Origin: Raja brachyura
Lineage: Eukaryota
Assembly (NCBI GenBank): GCA_963514005.1
Contig: OY740804.1
Location: 19,716,001 to 19,780,000, forward strand
DNA length: 64,000 nucleotides
Direction of reading: 5' to 3'
Below are positions 13,191-25,940 of this stretch, in pieces. Numbering within the stretch: the first letter of the stretch is position 1; every line of letters begins with the position of its first letter. The notes below the pieces were generated by a model. That model ran no database searches. It had not been told where the DNA came from and saw only the letters and a program-made list of their open reading frames with translations. A program made the translations under genes and the position numbers.

Positions 13191-13899
13191 ATACTCTCCT
13201 ACATATAGGGGAGCTTGTTCTAATCCTCAACAACTCCTTTTGATTCATCTCATTATTCAATTAAACGTCATCTGTCCATTTCTCTGCACAGATGCTGCCT
13301 GACACATTGAGTTCCTCCAGCAGTTTATTTTTTGCCCACCAAGAATAGTCTGGGTCTACCTGTACTTGGCTGTAATGTCATTTTGGTTAGCTTGAGCCAG
13401 CCTAGGTTTGGCACTTTCTTGCCCCTGGTTAAGCCCAGAAGAACCCACCTGAGGAGGGGTCAAATTTAGGCTGACCCAGACTAATCCAGAGGAACCAGAA
13501 CAAAAACAAGGCTGATCCAGGTACATCCAGACTAAATGAAAGGAAAGTAAGAGTTATAGGAGGTGCAGTTGGGGCAGCACAGTGGCACAGCAGGTAGATG
13601 CCTTGGTTCATTTGTAACCTCCAGGTTGACCATGTGGATAAAATGGAAACAAGGTTATCTGATCAGTGAGTTAATGGGAGCAGTGGGAAAGTGGGAATAG
13701 ACAGAATAATACTGGTGAAATAATGTAGGATAGATGAAATGCATGCCAATTCAAGGCATGCCCAGTAGATGAGTCTGAATGCAGAGTCTCGACCTGAAAT
13801 ATCGACATTCCCTTTGCCTTCATGGATGCTGATTGACCCATTGACTTTTTCCAGCAGTTTATTTTGTTCTCTATTTCCAGCATTCTGATGCGAGAACCT

Positions 13900-14135
13900 G
13901 GTTGGAGCTTCACTCTTTATCCACCGATGCCCTGGAAGTGTGTTATGGGAAAGCATAGAGGAAGCTTTACTGTGTCTAAACCATGCCCTGCGAGTGTGTG
14001 ATGGGACAGTGTAGAGGGAGCTTCACTCTTTATCTACCCATGCCCTGGAAGTGTGTTATGGAACAGTGTAGAGGGAGCTTCATTCTGTGTCCAACCTGTG
14101 CCCTGGGAGTGTGTGATGGAATAGTGCAGTGAGAT
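13900..14135 (+). repeat. ~62-bp tandem repeat, 4 copies; related copies at ~670-810
   Basis: GGAGCTTCACTCT..TATCTA.CC.ATGCCCTGGAAGTGTGTTATGG.ACAGTGTAGAG repeated. Confidence 0.75.
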
Positions 14136-14181
14136 TTCACCCATTCAGTGAATAAAGGACACCTCGTATTTTGCATTGCAG

Positions 14182-14319
14182 GGTTTGATGTGAGGTCATT
14201 ACCAATCTGGGCCTTTATACTGATCGGAATCTTTGGCGTTATCCTAACATTCCTCCTGTTCTTTTTCATCTTCTTGTTCTGGTGCAGGGACATGAGATGG
14301 TTCCTTCGTAGCAGACTAG
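14182..14319 (+). CDS. Gene A exon 4, transmembrane segment
   Basis: Acceptor GCATTGCAG|, donor CTAG|GTAAGT, 138 nt. GFDVRSLPIWAFILIGIFGVILTFLLFFFIFLFWCRDMRWFLRSRL. Confidence 0.88.
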
Positions 14320-14867
14320 GTAAGTGAGCTGGGGCTGGACATATCGGCTGGCAATTAATTCATTCTTCTCTCCCGTCTACAGTCACCTTCCCATTGATTC
14401 TAATTTTTTAATTTCTGTCTGTGAGGGTGTGTATCAAAAATATAATGTTCTGAGTGAAAGCACAAGTTTGTATATGAGGAATATCTGTAATGTTTTTACA
14501 TAATTATGAATCTGTGTGCATGTGTGTGTATAGCGTTTGTGTATGTGTATGCATATGTATGTGTTTTCTGACTATCAGTGTCTGAAGAGCTTAATTTGTG
14601 TACATGCTTGCCTGCTTGCCATTTTAATGATAGTGTGTACATGTGCATACTGTATATGTTTGTGTGTGTGAATGCTTATATAAGCCTCTGTGTGTGGCAG
14701 AGGGAATGCCCATTCCCATGTGTAATTTAAAAAGACTGTGTGTGCGTGTGCATGCAGGTGTGTGTTCATGCCCATGCCAATGTGTGAGTGAAGAAGAATG
14801 ACGCTGTAAGCTCCCTATGCCTGCAGTAGTGCTTCAGTGCCTCACCTGTACCTTTTCCCTTCCTTAG

Positions 14868-14947
14868 CCTGGTTCAGTCCGCCAATGTCCCAGTACCCGG
14901 TTTTTAGCTCCGTTGTGGCTGTTCAGCATACCCAAGTAACTTCATGA
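14868..14947 (+). CDS. Gene A cytoplasmic exon, short-tail option AWFSPPMSQYPVFSSVVAVQHTQVTS*
   Basis: Strong acceptor CCTTTTCCCTTCCTTAG|, phase 1. Confidence 0.5.
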
Positions 14948-15087
14948 AGGTGAGGTTAACTCCTGACTGGGAGAGTTCAGGATGGGGCAGGAAGAGGGTT
15001 GGTGTAGAATACATGGATCTGGTGTGGCGTCCTGAGGACACTGAGCCAGACTACTCTGAACTTCCAATGTGGCTCTGCCCTGTGTGA
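14927..15087 (+). CDS. Gene A cytoplasmic exon, long-tail option with VEYMDL and PDYSEL tyrosine motifs
   Basis: Weaker acceptor GGCTGTTCAG| in phase 1 gives AYPSNFMKVRLTPDWESSGWGRKRVGVEYMDLVWRPEDTEPDYSELPMWLCPV*. Confidence 0.55.
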
Positions 15088-15324
15088 GGAACCCTTCTCC
15101 TTCTTATATAAATATATGTAGGCAGGAGGAGGCTGTTCAGTCCCTCTCCAGCCTGTTATACGGGGACACGAGGAGGCAACTCAGCCCATCTCCAGCCTGC
15201 TAGTAGCAGACAGGAGGGCCGTTCATTCCCTCTCCAGCCTGTTATACGGGAACAGGATGAGGCCATTCAGTTTCATGAACGAGGAGATCTTTCAGGTCCT
15301 TAAGCTTGTTCCTACCTCCAATTA

Positions 15325-15330
15325 AATAAA
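15325..15330 (+). terminator. Candidate polyadenylation signal, gene A
   Basis: AATAAA about 240 nt after the long-tail stop. Confidence 0.5.
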
Positions 15331-15419
15331 CGCATATTTTCCCCACACTACATGATAATTATTGATAATTTACTTGCTAACATACGTCACTACAACTCCA
15401 TTTACACTTCCATCTAGGG

Positions 15420-15760
15420 ACTCCAGCAGCCTTTCCAGGTGAGACAAGGCCTCGTGCAACTCTTCAAACCTCATCTACTGCATTCAGTGCTTCCACTGTA
15501 GCCTCCTTTACATTGGCGAGACCAAGCGTAGTCTAGGTGACTGTTTTGCTGAACACTTGCACTCTGTCCGCCATGGCCTGGTGGAGCTCCCGGTTGCAAA
15601 CCATTTTACTTTCCCTTCCCATACCGATCTTTCTGACCTTGACCATTCCCTTTGCTAGACTCAGGCTACAAGCAATCCGGTGACACGTATTCTGCTTGCG
15701 TAGCTTAAAACGCACTGGTATGAACATTGAATTATACAATTTCAAGTAATATCAACCCTC
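15420..15760 (+). mobile_element. Penelope GIY-YIG endonuclease remnant
   Basis: Translates as SNLIYCIQCFHCSLLYIGETKRSLGDCFAEH; homologous to 34187-34405. Confidence 0.8.
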
Positions 15761-17184
15761 CTCTCTTTTGTTACGTCTCTCGCAACCTGGTACACGCAAA
15801 TTTCTTGCACTGTCCCCCACCTTTCCCAGTCACTCTGCTCCTTTCACCTTCATACACTCATCTCCCATCCCCGAGTCCCATATTTCCATTTTACCCCCTT
15901 CTTTCCCTTCCCCCAGTCCTCTACTACCCACCCTCCCCCTGGCTTTGCATTTCACACCTCTGCTTTCCTTATCTGACACCCTATTGTCACCTTTGCACCT
16001 CTAACCTTTGTTACTTACTCCACCCATCTGCCAATCATCTCCCCCTCCCTCACCGATACCTTGCTATTACTTGTCCATTTTGTCCATTCTATCTACAGAT
16101 GATGCCTGACCACAGAGTTCCTCCAACACTTTATTTTAACCCGTCGACCGACAATATTAATGTTGGCACATTGCTATTTCTTTGTTATCACTAGGCTAAA
16201 ACCTCAAACTTTGTTCCAACAGCACTGTGGAAGCACCTTTACCAGAGAGATTGCAGCAGTTCAAAAAGATGGCTCTTCCATACATTCTCAAGGGAACTAG
16301 GGATGGGTAATAAATGTTGGCCTATGATACCAAGATCCCTCACAAAGAAAATCTAAATTTGTTGAGATTATCCCTGTTTCTTCCAAAGGAGTCTTCTGCA
16401 TTGACTGTTATTAACTGTGCATATGCAAATTTGTCCCACAATTGTCCCATACATACTGTTCATCCGTCTAGTGTGTGCCTCTTATAGTCTGCATTAAAAC
16501 CAGTCCTTTCTGCTTCTCCCTCAGGGTGTGAGAGGACCAGAAATGCTGCTTATGGCCTCTCACCTAGGCAAAGCCACCTCGCTGTCACAAGGCTCCAGGA
16601 CCAGGACCACCACATCATCGCTGCCATCACCTTACTGGTGTGGAGGACCTCCTCTACACCTGCTTTATGCATGACATCACTAAGGAGGAGGGGAGATCCA
16701 GGGTGTGGAAACCTAGCTCAGTTCCAAGGTGCGGGTGCACTCTTTGTTTGAACCTGATGTACTCTTTCTCCAGTAAAAATAATTTCTGAACTCGAATAGT
16801 GTCTTGACTCAGAAGGGGATGGCCAGTGAAAGCCTAATGCTGCACTGATATGTTAGTGTTCTGGGGAAAAGGTATCTGCATGCTGTCTATGGGAAATCAT
16901 GTTCTTTGGTCCACAAAGGGTGGGAGAACTGTCAGTAACCCTGCATAAATTTGCCCAGCCTGTCTGTTGCTGAAATACTCCTGACCAAGAGGTGAGGATT
17001 CTGGCTAGATTAGGGTCAGAGCCTGGAATCATTGGCAAATTCTGAATAGCATTAGAGATCAGGATCTGGATGACGGGTTGGGGTCTGGAACTGAAATGGA
17101 AAGTTATGTCCAGGATGGGATTAAGGATCATAATCTGGGATTAAAGTTCATCATATCGATTAGATTAGGGATCACAAACAGTTA

Positions 17185-19280
17185 AACATAGAAACATAGA
17201 AATAAGGTGCAGGAGTAGGCCATTCGGCCCTTCGAGCCTGCACTGCCTTTCAATATGATCATGGCTGATCATCCAACTCAGTATCCCGTACCTGCCTTCT
17301 CTCCATACCCTCTGATCCCCTTAGCCACAAGGGCCACGTCTAACTCCCTCTTAAATATAGCCAATGAACTGGCCTCAACTACCCTCTGTGGCAGAGAGTT
17401 CCAGAGACCAACCACTCTCTGTGTGAAAAAAGTCCTTCTCATCTCGGTCCTAAAGGATTTCCCCCTTATCCTTAAGATGTGACCCGTGTCCTGGACCTCC
17501 CCAACATCGGGAACAATCTTCCTGCATCTAGCCTGTCCAACCCCTTAAGAATTTTGTAAGTTTCTATAAAATCCCCTCTCAATCTCCTAAATTCTAGTGA
17601 GTGTAAACCGAGTCTATGCAGTCTTTGTTCATAAGACAGTCCTGACATCCCAGGAATCAGTCTGGTGAACCTTCTCTGCACTCCCTCTATGGCAATAATG
17701 TCCTTCCTCAGATTTGGAGACCAGAACTGTATGCAATACTCCAGGTGTGGTCTCACCAAGTCCCTATGCAACTGAAGTAGAACCTCCCTGCTCCTATACT
17801 CAAAACCTTTTGCTATGAAAGCTAACATACCATTAGCTTTCTTCACTGCCTGCTGCACCTGCATGCCTACTTTCAATGATTGGTGTACCATGACACCCAG
17901 GTCACGCTGCATCTCCCCTTTTCCTAATCGGCCACCATTTAGATAATAGTCTGCTTTCCTATTTTTGCCACCAAAGTGGATAACCTCACATTCATCCACA
18001 TTATACTGCATCTGCCAAACATTTGCCCACTCACCCAGCCTATCCAAGTCACCTTGCAGTCTCCTAGCATCCTCCTCACAGCTAACACTGCCCCCCAGCT
18101 TAGTGTCATCCGCAAACTTGGAGATATTGCCTTCAATTCCCTCATCCAGATCATTAATGTATATTGTAAATAGCTGGGGTCCCAGCCTTGCGGTACCCGA
18201 CTAGTCACAGCCTGCCATTGTGAAAACGACCCGTTTACTCCTTCTCTTTGCTTCCTGTTTGCCAGCCAGTTCTCTATTCACATCAATACTGCACCCCCAA
18301 TGCCGTATGCTTTAAGTTTATATACTAATCTCTTGTGTGGGACCTTGTCGAAAGCCTTCTGGAAGTCCAGATACACCACATCCACTGGTTCTCCCATATC
18401 CACGCTACTAGTTACATCCTCAAAAAATTCCACAAGAATCATCAGACATGATTTACCTTTCGTAAATCCATGCTGACTTTGTCCAATGATTTCACCACTT
18501 TCCAAATGTGCTGCTATCCCATCTTTAATAACTGACTCTAGCAGTTTCCCCACTACCGATGTTAGACTAACTGGTCTGTAATTCCCCGTTTTCTCTCTCC
18601 CTCCCTTCTTAAAAAGAGGGGTTACGTTTGATACCTGCCAATCCTCAGGAACTACTCCAGAATCTAAAGAGTTTTGAAAGATTATCACTAATGCATCCAC
18701 TATTTCCGGAGCTACTTCCTTAAGTACTCTGGGATGCAGCTATCTGGCCCAGGGAATTTATCGGCCTTTAATCCATTCAATTTACCCAACACCACTTCCC
18801 GACTAGCCTGGATTTCACTCAAGTCCTCCTTTGACCCGCGGTCCCCTGCTATTTCCGGCAGATTATTTATGTCTTCCTTAGTGAAGACAGAACCAAAGTA
18901 GTTATTCAATTGGTCCGCCATATCCTTGTTCCCCATGATCAACTCACCTGTTTCTGACTGCAAGGGACCTACATTTGTTTTAACTAATCTCTTTATCTTC
19001 ACATATCTATAAAAACTTTTGCAGTTAGTTTTTATGTTCCCTGCCAGTTTTCTTTCATAATCTACTTTTCCTTTCCTAATCAAGCCATTTGTCCTCCTCT
19101 GCTGGTCTCTGAATTTCTCCCAGTCCTCTGGTATGCTGCTTTTTCTGGCTACTTTGTATGCATCATCCTTTGCTTTGATACTATCCCTGATTTCCCTTGT
19201 TATCCACGGATGCACTACCTTCCCTGATTTATTCTTTTGCCAAACTGGGATGAACAATTTTTGTAGTTCATCCATGCAGT
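17185..19280 (-). mobile_element. CR1 LINE, 5'-truncated, ~2.1 kb
   Basis: Minus-strand RT ORF pieces 17472-19275 and CATAGAAA tail. Confidence 0.95.
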
Positions 19281-19779
19281 TATTGTTTATGGTTTAAAAC
19301 TGATATTGGGATTAGACACTGGGGCTAGGGGTCACAGTCTATCGTTGGGGATTGGAGTGTGTGTCAGTCATGATCTGGGATTTGGGATCAGGGTCTCGGG
19401 TTGGGGGTCAAAATCTGGGATTATGGATCCGGGACACACATTGTTGGAGTAAAGCAGCAGATCAGGCAGCATCTCTGGAAAACATGGATAGGTGATGTTT
19501 CGGACTGAGTCCCTTCTTCGTGTCTTTTTGTGTATTAACCAGCATCTGCAGTATTTCGTTTCTACATTAGGGATTGGGATTGGGATTTGAGTTAGGATCT
19601 TGGATTTGGAGCTAATCTGTATCAGAAATCAGGGTATAGGGATTAAAGGTCATGGACAACGGTCTAATTGGGGGATTTGAGGACGGTGGGAATTAAAGGT
19701 TGGGGAGGTGTTTGTGTTAGAGCAGGGGAGTCGGCGTATGGGGTCACCCGTGACCTCTCCTCTCCATCCCATCTCCACC

Positions 19780-19954
19780 CTCGAGCGTCGACCGTTGAAG
19801 CAGCGGTTTAAACCGCGGGCACGAGCGGATCCAAAGTGAGCTCTGATTGGCGATTCGCCGGAGGGCGGTGGCCCGACCGAGCGGGTGCTTCCCATTGGTT
19901 GATGGAGGCGGGAGGGGGCGCGGAGGCATCGCGGCCGTCAGTTGGCGCCGCGCG
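19780..19954 (+). promoter_or_regulatory. Gene B CpG-island promoter
   Basis: CpG-dense; ATTGG at 19846 and 19894; GC-box-like runs before the ATG. Confidence 0.6.
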
Positions 19955-20009
19955 ATGGCCGTCCCTGTCCCCGTCCCCGCCCTCAGCGTTCTCATGGTGT
20001 TGTGCGCCG
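19955..20009 (+). CDS. Gene B exon 1, signal peptide MAVPVPVPALSVLMVLCA
   Basis: GCGATGG start, hydrophobic leader, phase-1 donor GCCG|GTAAGG. Confidence 0.82.
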
Positions 20010-21849
20010 GTAAGGTGGCGCGGACATGGTGCAGGGCGAGTGACTACCGTGGGGCCAAGTGAAGCCCGGGAATGGGGACGAGCCAAAGGGTCAGGGGTTG
20101 GAGATATGGAGAGTGAGGAGGGGTGGAGGTCAGTGGGTAAGGGGGTCAGCGAAAGGTCATGAGTAGGCATCTGGAGGTTTAGAGGTAGGAGGGAAGGAGT
20201 GAGAATAGGGAGGGTCGGGGTCTGGAGTCACGGGTAGGGGTCATTTAAAGGGCTCATGGTCGGGAGTTAATGGAAGTTCAGAAGCAGGGAAAGATCAGCA
20301 GTATGCGTCAGTGGAAAGGGACGGGGATGCGAGGGCGGGAGGCAATGAGTGAAGGCCGGTAAGACTATCGGATGGGGAACTGAAGGGTATTGGGTAATAT
20401 GGCAGAATAGTCGGGTGGTGGACAATGGGAAGGGGTCAAGGATGCAGTTAGTAGAAGTGGATCAGATGTTGTGGGGGTCAATGGGCAGGGTTAGTGATAG
20501 ATATCAGTGGAAGGAGAGGGCGGGAAGGTTCAGTGTTGAGGGATCAGCGGTGGGATCAGTGGGGAAGGGTCAGTGGTGTCAGCCGGTGGGGATAAATATA
20601 GGGAAGGGATCAAACGTGGGCTTAGTAGAGTCAGAAATGGGGCCAGTGGTGGGTGTCAGTGGAAGGGAGGTGTCAAAGAAGTGTGTCGATGGAGGGTCAG
20701 TGTGGAGAGATCAGGTGTGGGGATCAGAAAATGGCCAGGAGTGGCAATCAGTAAAGGAGTTGATACAGAGATGGGGTTCAGAGGAGGGGAGGGGTTGACA
20801 TTGTGTTCAGTGGAAGAGTCAACGGTCATGGTCAGTGGAGTAGGGGGTCATAGATGGGGTAGTGCAGAGGAAGGTCAAGGATGGGGATGAGTGGGGAAAG
20901 TCAAGGGTGGAACATGGGAGGGGATCAATAGAGATGGCCATATAGATGGGGCTCAGTGGAGATGAGGGGCCAAGGATGAAGGTCAGTGGAGCGGAAGGGT
21001 TAGGGTGGTGCTCATGGGAACGGTCAAGGTTAGGGCCAGTGAAGGAGTTAGGAATGGTGTTCTGTAGATTACGGCTCAAGATGAAAATCAGTTGAGAGGA
21101 GAGACTTGGGTAGGGTGAAAAATAGGATCAGTGGAAAAGAAAGTTCAGTGGTGGGTCAATGGAGAGGAAAGGTCAGGAATGGACATCAGTGAAGGGGGGT
21201 CAGAGATGGGAGTTCGCAAAAAGGTCAAGATTGAGGGCCAGGGGGAGGGTGGGTGAGGGGTCTGATGAGGTGTTTTTTGAGTGGGGAGAAGAGGTCGGGT
21301 GGGTGTCAGTGGAATAGAGGGATCAGATATGGGGATCAAGGGAGGACGAAATTGGGCAAGTCAGTGATGAGGGAGGGGGGGTGGTCATATAAGATGGTTT
21401 CAGTGGATGGGAATGGTCTGGGGAGAGGGACTATGGAGGTGAAGGGTCATTGTTGGGGAGGTGTAGGGGAAAGTGGTAGGGTCCACCGAAAGGGAAGGAA
21501 GGGGTGATTTAAGGTCAGTGGAGCGGAAGTGTCATGGGAAGGGGGGGTCAGATGAGATATTAGTGATGGGAGTTGAAGAGGAAATCAGTGGAGGGGACAG
21601 GAATGGGGTTCTGTAGAAGGTAGACCTAAATGTGGATCAGTGGTGTGAAAGGGTCATGGTCAGAAGGGATGGATCAGGGGTGGGCTTAGTGGAGAGGTGG
21701 GATCATAGCATGTTCACAGATGAGGGACAAGGAATAGATAGGTTGGGATGGGGGAAGTACAAGGGAGTTCATCGTAGATGGGGGTTGTATGAGGAAAGTG
21801 GTTTGAAGAGACATGTTTATGGCGTTGGGATGAGGCGTCCTGGCAGGGT

Positions 21850-24440
21850 CGGGGGTCAGGGTGAGGAATCGTGTCACTGGCTGGGATACGGTGAGGATTC
21901 GTATCACAATCCAGGATTAGGGTTAGCGGCTATGTTACTGTAGGGTCAGCAAGAGGGGTCATGTTATTGGCTGTCAGGTGAAGGAATATTGTTCTGATTC
22001 AGGGTGAGATGCCATATCACTGTCTGGTTTGGGATAATGCATTGTTTCCAGGTCAAGGTTGGTGTAAAGTATCACTGTTGGTGTTATTGTCCAGTTTCGG
22101 TGAGAGTAGTCATGTCACTGTCTGGATTTAGGGGTCGTATCATGGTCGGATTCAGAGGTCATGTCACAATCAGGGACTAGGTGAGAGGGGTTGTATCACG
22201 ATCCAGGGTTGTTTTGAGGAACCAAGTCGTATCCATAGTTGGCATGGGGTGATTTGTCATAGTTTGGAGTTTATGTGAGGGGTTATAGTTCTATCCTTCA
22301 TCAGGCTGAGTTGTCACTGTGCGGGTCAGGGTGAGGGGTTGTGTCACTGATTGCATTGGTCTGAGGGTTTGTGTCGCTGACTAATATCCTGGTGTGGGAT
22401 CGTGATAATGTCTGTCGTCAGGTTAGGGGATATATCACTGTCAAGAGTTGGATTGAGGGATTATACCACGTCTTGTTCAAGAATAAAGAGCATGTCACTT
22501 TCTAGCTGAGGTGAGATGTTTTATCATCTTCTGAGGTTGGAATGAAGGATCATATCACTAGTTGTGGTCAGGGTGAGGGTGAGGGCTTGTGTCATTGTTC
22601 AGGGTACGGGTAAGGGTTCATGTCACTATCCAGGAACAGGGTCATTTGAGGGATCATGTCACTGTCAGGCAGGCACGTGCTGTCAGGGTAGGCAAGGTAG
22701 GCACTGCCTACCCTGACTAAAATTATAACATAGTAATTACTAAATATAAATAGGAAAGGCATGGGAGAATTATGCCTATGTAAGAGATCGATCTCTTAGG
22801 TAGGCATAATTCTCCGTGCCTTTCATCCGCAGTGCTTGTAACACGGGAAGGTCTGTGCAGCCCTGTGAAGGTCTGTCAGCGCTGCCTGAAGCCATCAATT
22901 TCAAGCGGGGCTGAAGGCAGCAGAAATTCTGCCTTTGCAGCACTGCGCATGCGCTGCGCAAGTTTCATGGCGGGGTTTTCAAATATTGTTTGTCGTATAC
23001 CAATGATGTGGTAAGTACATTTCTTGGTGATGTTTTTAAATACCGTATTTCCCAGGGTGTGGGGGTGGGGGGGGAGAGCTCCTTGCCAAGCATTTGGGGA
23101 GTCTGGCCTGGGGTAAAGTTGCGAGGAGGGCACGGATGTTATGAAGGAGGGGATTGGGATAATGCCACCGCATTGAGGCTGGGGGGGGGGGGGAGAGAGA
23201 AGTAGCTCGGGTGGTTGAGCGGCCGCAGGGCCGGACAGCGGAACCAGCCGCCACCTTAGCTCCTTCTACCGGTCCTCGCTCACCTCTGGCAGCTCTCCGT
23301 CTAAAAACCTCTCTCCTGCCACTCGCTGGCCTCACTCATGTCCTTAAATTCCGACAGCGCAATTGAGGTTACTCGGCTGTAGGAATTTAAGGATTTGGAG
23401 GAAGCCGCTGACATGAGCGAAGTCGGCGAACGGCAGGTGACAGGTGTTCCGACGAAGAGCACTGCCAAACGTGAGCGGGCCCGCAGAAGGCGCTGAAGTG
23501 GCGGCCAGTTCTGCGTCGGGTCCCGGTGGCCGCTCGTAGCTCCCCGAGCTGCTTCTATCCCCAGCTACAGTGCGTGGCTTCGCGCCCGGAGAGCTGCGGT
23601 AGTGGTGAGTGAGTGAGTTACTGGCAGTATCCCCGACACCCTCCTTCTCAACACTCGTGCACTCCCCACAACTTTACCCCTGGCACAGACTCTCCACACG
23701 CTGTGAAAGGAACTGTTTCCCCCAATTGGTCCCTTGAACAAGTGTTGTCATTCAATAAGATGACAACTGATTCAACTATTCCCTGTACTCCCGTTTTTCC
23801 CACCATCTCTCCATCTGCCATCACCCTTCGCACCCCACCCATTCAGCAATTCAGAATAAAGAAGACTAGGAAGCCTTGGGCAAATTGAATTGTCACTGTT
23901 TTTATTTTTTTAACGGAGAGAACAATCTGCGCATGCGCGGTTTAGATTTTTTTTAAGCCGACTGAGTGCCTACCCTGAGTAATTACTCACGGCACGGGCC
24001 TGCTGTCAGGGTAAGAATGTGAGTTCCTTCCATTGTCAAGACTCTGGCTACGGGTTGTGCAAGGTCAGGGTGAGAAGTCATGTTGCTATCAGAGTGAAGG
24101 GTCAGCTCGCTGTCCAGGGTCAAACTGAGGTGTCATGTTGTTGGCGGGGTGATGGTTATGTCACTGTCCAAGTCTATAAGAGAGGTTGAGGTGCCTCGGG
24201 TCAAAGTGGGATGTTGTGTCACCACGCAGGGTTTGGGCGAGACATCACGTCACACTTCAAGGTCGTAATGTGGGGGGAGGGGGCGATCATATAACTGTTT
24301 GGGGTCAGAGTGAAAAGTCGTGTCGCACAGGGTTAAGGTTGTTCACTGTCCGGGTCAGGGTTAGGACAATACCACTGTCCACGGTTCGGATGAGCGGTCA
24401 TGTCACTCTCTGGGTTTGGGATAAAGTGTCATGTCACTGT
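21850..24440 (+). repeat. Degenerate ~31-bp tandem repeat (GTCATGTCACTGTCCAGGGTCAGGGTGAGG-like), split by a hAT element; also at ~25300-25880
   Basis: TGTCACTGTC and AGGGTGAG cores recur periodically upstream of both V exons. Confidence 0.6.
22670..24002. mobile_element. Non-autonomous hAT transposon, copy 1
   Basis: TIRs CAGGCACGTGCTGT / ACGGCACGGGCCTG; 8-bp TSD CTGTCAGG at 22662-22669 and 24003-24010. Confidence 0.9.
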
Positions 24441-24493
24441 CTTGAGTTTGGAGTGAGGGTTCGTGCCACTATCCATGTCATCCTCAGTCCCAG

Positions 24494-24823
24494 GGCTGGC
24501 TCACGGCATCACACTTGGCACGGACTATGCATGTGCTCGGTTGGACTCCAAAGTCAGCTTTCCTGTCAGTCTGAAGAAGGAGCCCACCTTCCTGGAGTGG
24601 AGCTTCCGTAAATCGCCTCGCTCCACACCTTCTGTCATCTGCATCTGGTACCTGCCCGACCAGCGGGAGTGCCGGGGTAGCTACACGAACCGGGCGCACA
24701 TCTACATCAACGGCACACTGTTGCTGGGCTCAATCCGTGCTGCTGACTCCGGCTGGTACTATCTCCATGCCAAGTTCAGCCAGGACCGAAGCATCCACCA
24801 CAAAGTGCAGCTATATATTTTCG
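24494..24823 (+). CDS. Gene B exon 2, IgV domain 1
   Basis: Acceptor GTCCCAG|, donor TTCG|GTGGGT, 330 nt. LEWSF, NGTLLL, DSGWYY, VQLYIF. Confidence 0.9.
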
Positions 24824-25940
24824 GTGGGTGAGGCTGCATCTCCATCCCATTCAACCCATCCATCCCCACCAGCCACCATATCCTGTCTCTATTTCCCTGC
24901 CACCTCACTGCCTCTCTGATAACTTACTGTGTGCCAGTCAACCACCTCCTGTCCCACTCTTACTCATCGCTCATTCCTTCCCTCCATCCTGCTCAAAATC
25001 CCTACATCCTGCTCTGCATTTTGGCAGTTAATCCTATTCCAAACATCATCCTCCTAATCACTACCCCTCCCCTCCTTGCACTTCCTTCAATGTCTGCCTT
25101 CTCTCTCACCTCACTCTGCTTGTGTTGTGCACCACATCCTTTCCCCCTGTTCCACTTTCACATCCTTTATCCGCAAATCTCAGCTGACCCCCCCCCCCCC
25201 CCCCTCTGTCTCGCTTTCCTGGATCAAAGAAATGACGGGCGAGGGATCAACCTTGTCTCAATCCAGGGTTGGGGGTAGAGGGGTTCATTAACTTCGATCA
25301 GGGTGAGCTCTGTAGCCGTCCCACATCAGGATTAGGCATAATGTCACTATCCAAGGCTGGGGTAAAGAATGTAACTGTCTGTAATTAGGGTTAAAGGTTT
25401 GTATCACTATCCAGAGTTGGGATGAGGGGGTCACAACACTCCGAGGTCAGTGTGACGGGTCATGCTACTGTCTGGGTTCAGCAAGGGAGCACATCACTGT
25501 CCAGTTCAAATTAAGAGGCCATGGTCATTGTTGGTTTGCTACGAGTTGTCAGGTCCTAGGGGTGAAGATAAAGGGAAGATCGTAGCCACTGCCTATGATC
25601 AGGTTTAAGGTTCAGTCATGCGATTACTGGCCAAGGTAAGGAATCAGGGTAATAGTCCAGTGTTGGGGTGAAGGGGGACAGCCATGTTCCAGAGTCAGGA
25701 TCAATGGTCCAATGTTGCTATGAGGGATTGGGGTAATGATCCAGAGTCACAGTCTGAGATTGGGGTGAAAAGCTGGGGTCACTGCCTGCGATGAGGAGAT
25801 ATTCTATCACTGTCTAATGTCAGGCTTTGGGCTCACTGATAGCTGGGTCATGAGTTTGTCAGGGCATAGGGTTGACAGTAGGGGACATAGGTAGACTGCT
25901 ATGCCATCACCCCTTGCTCCCTTCGTCCCCTTGCTCCCAG

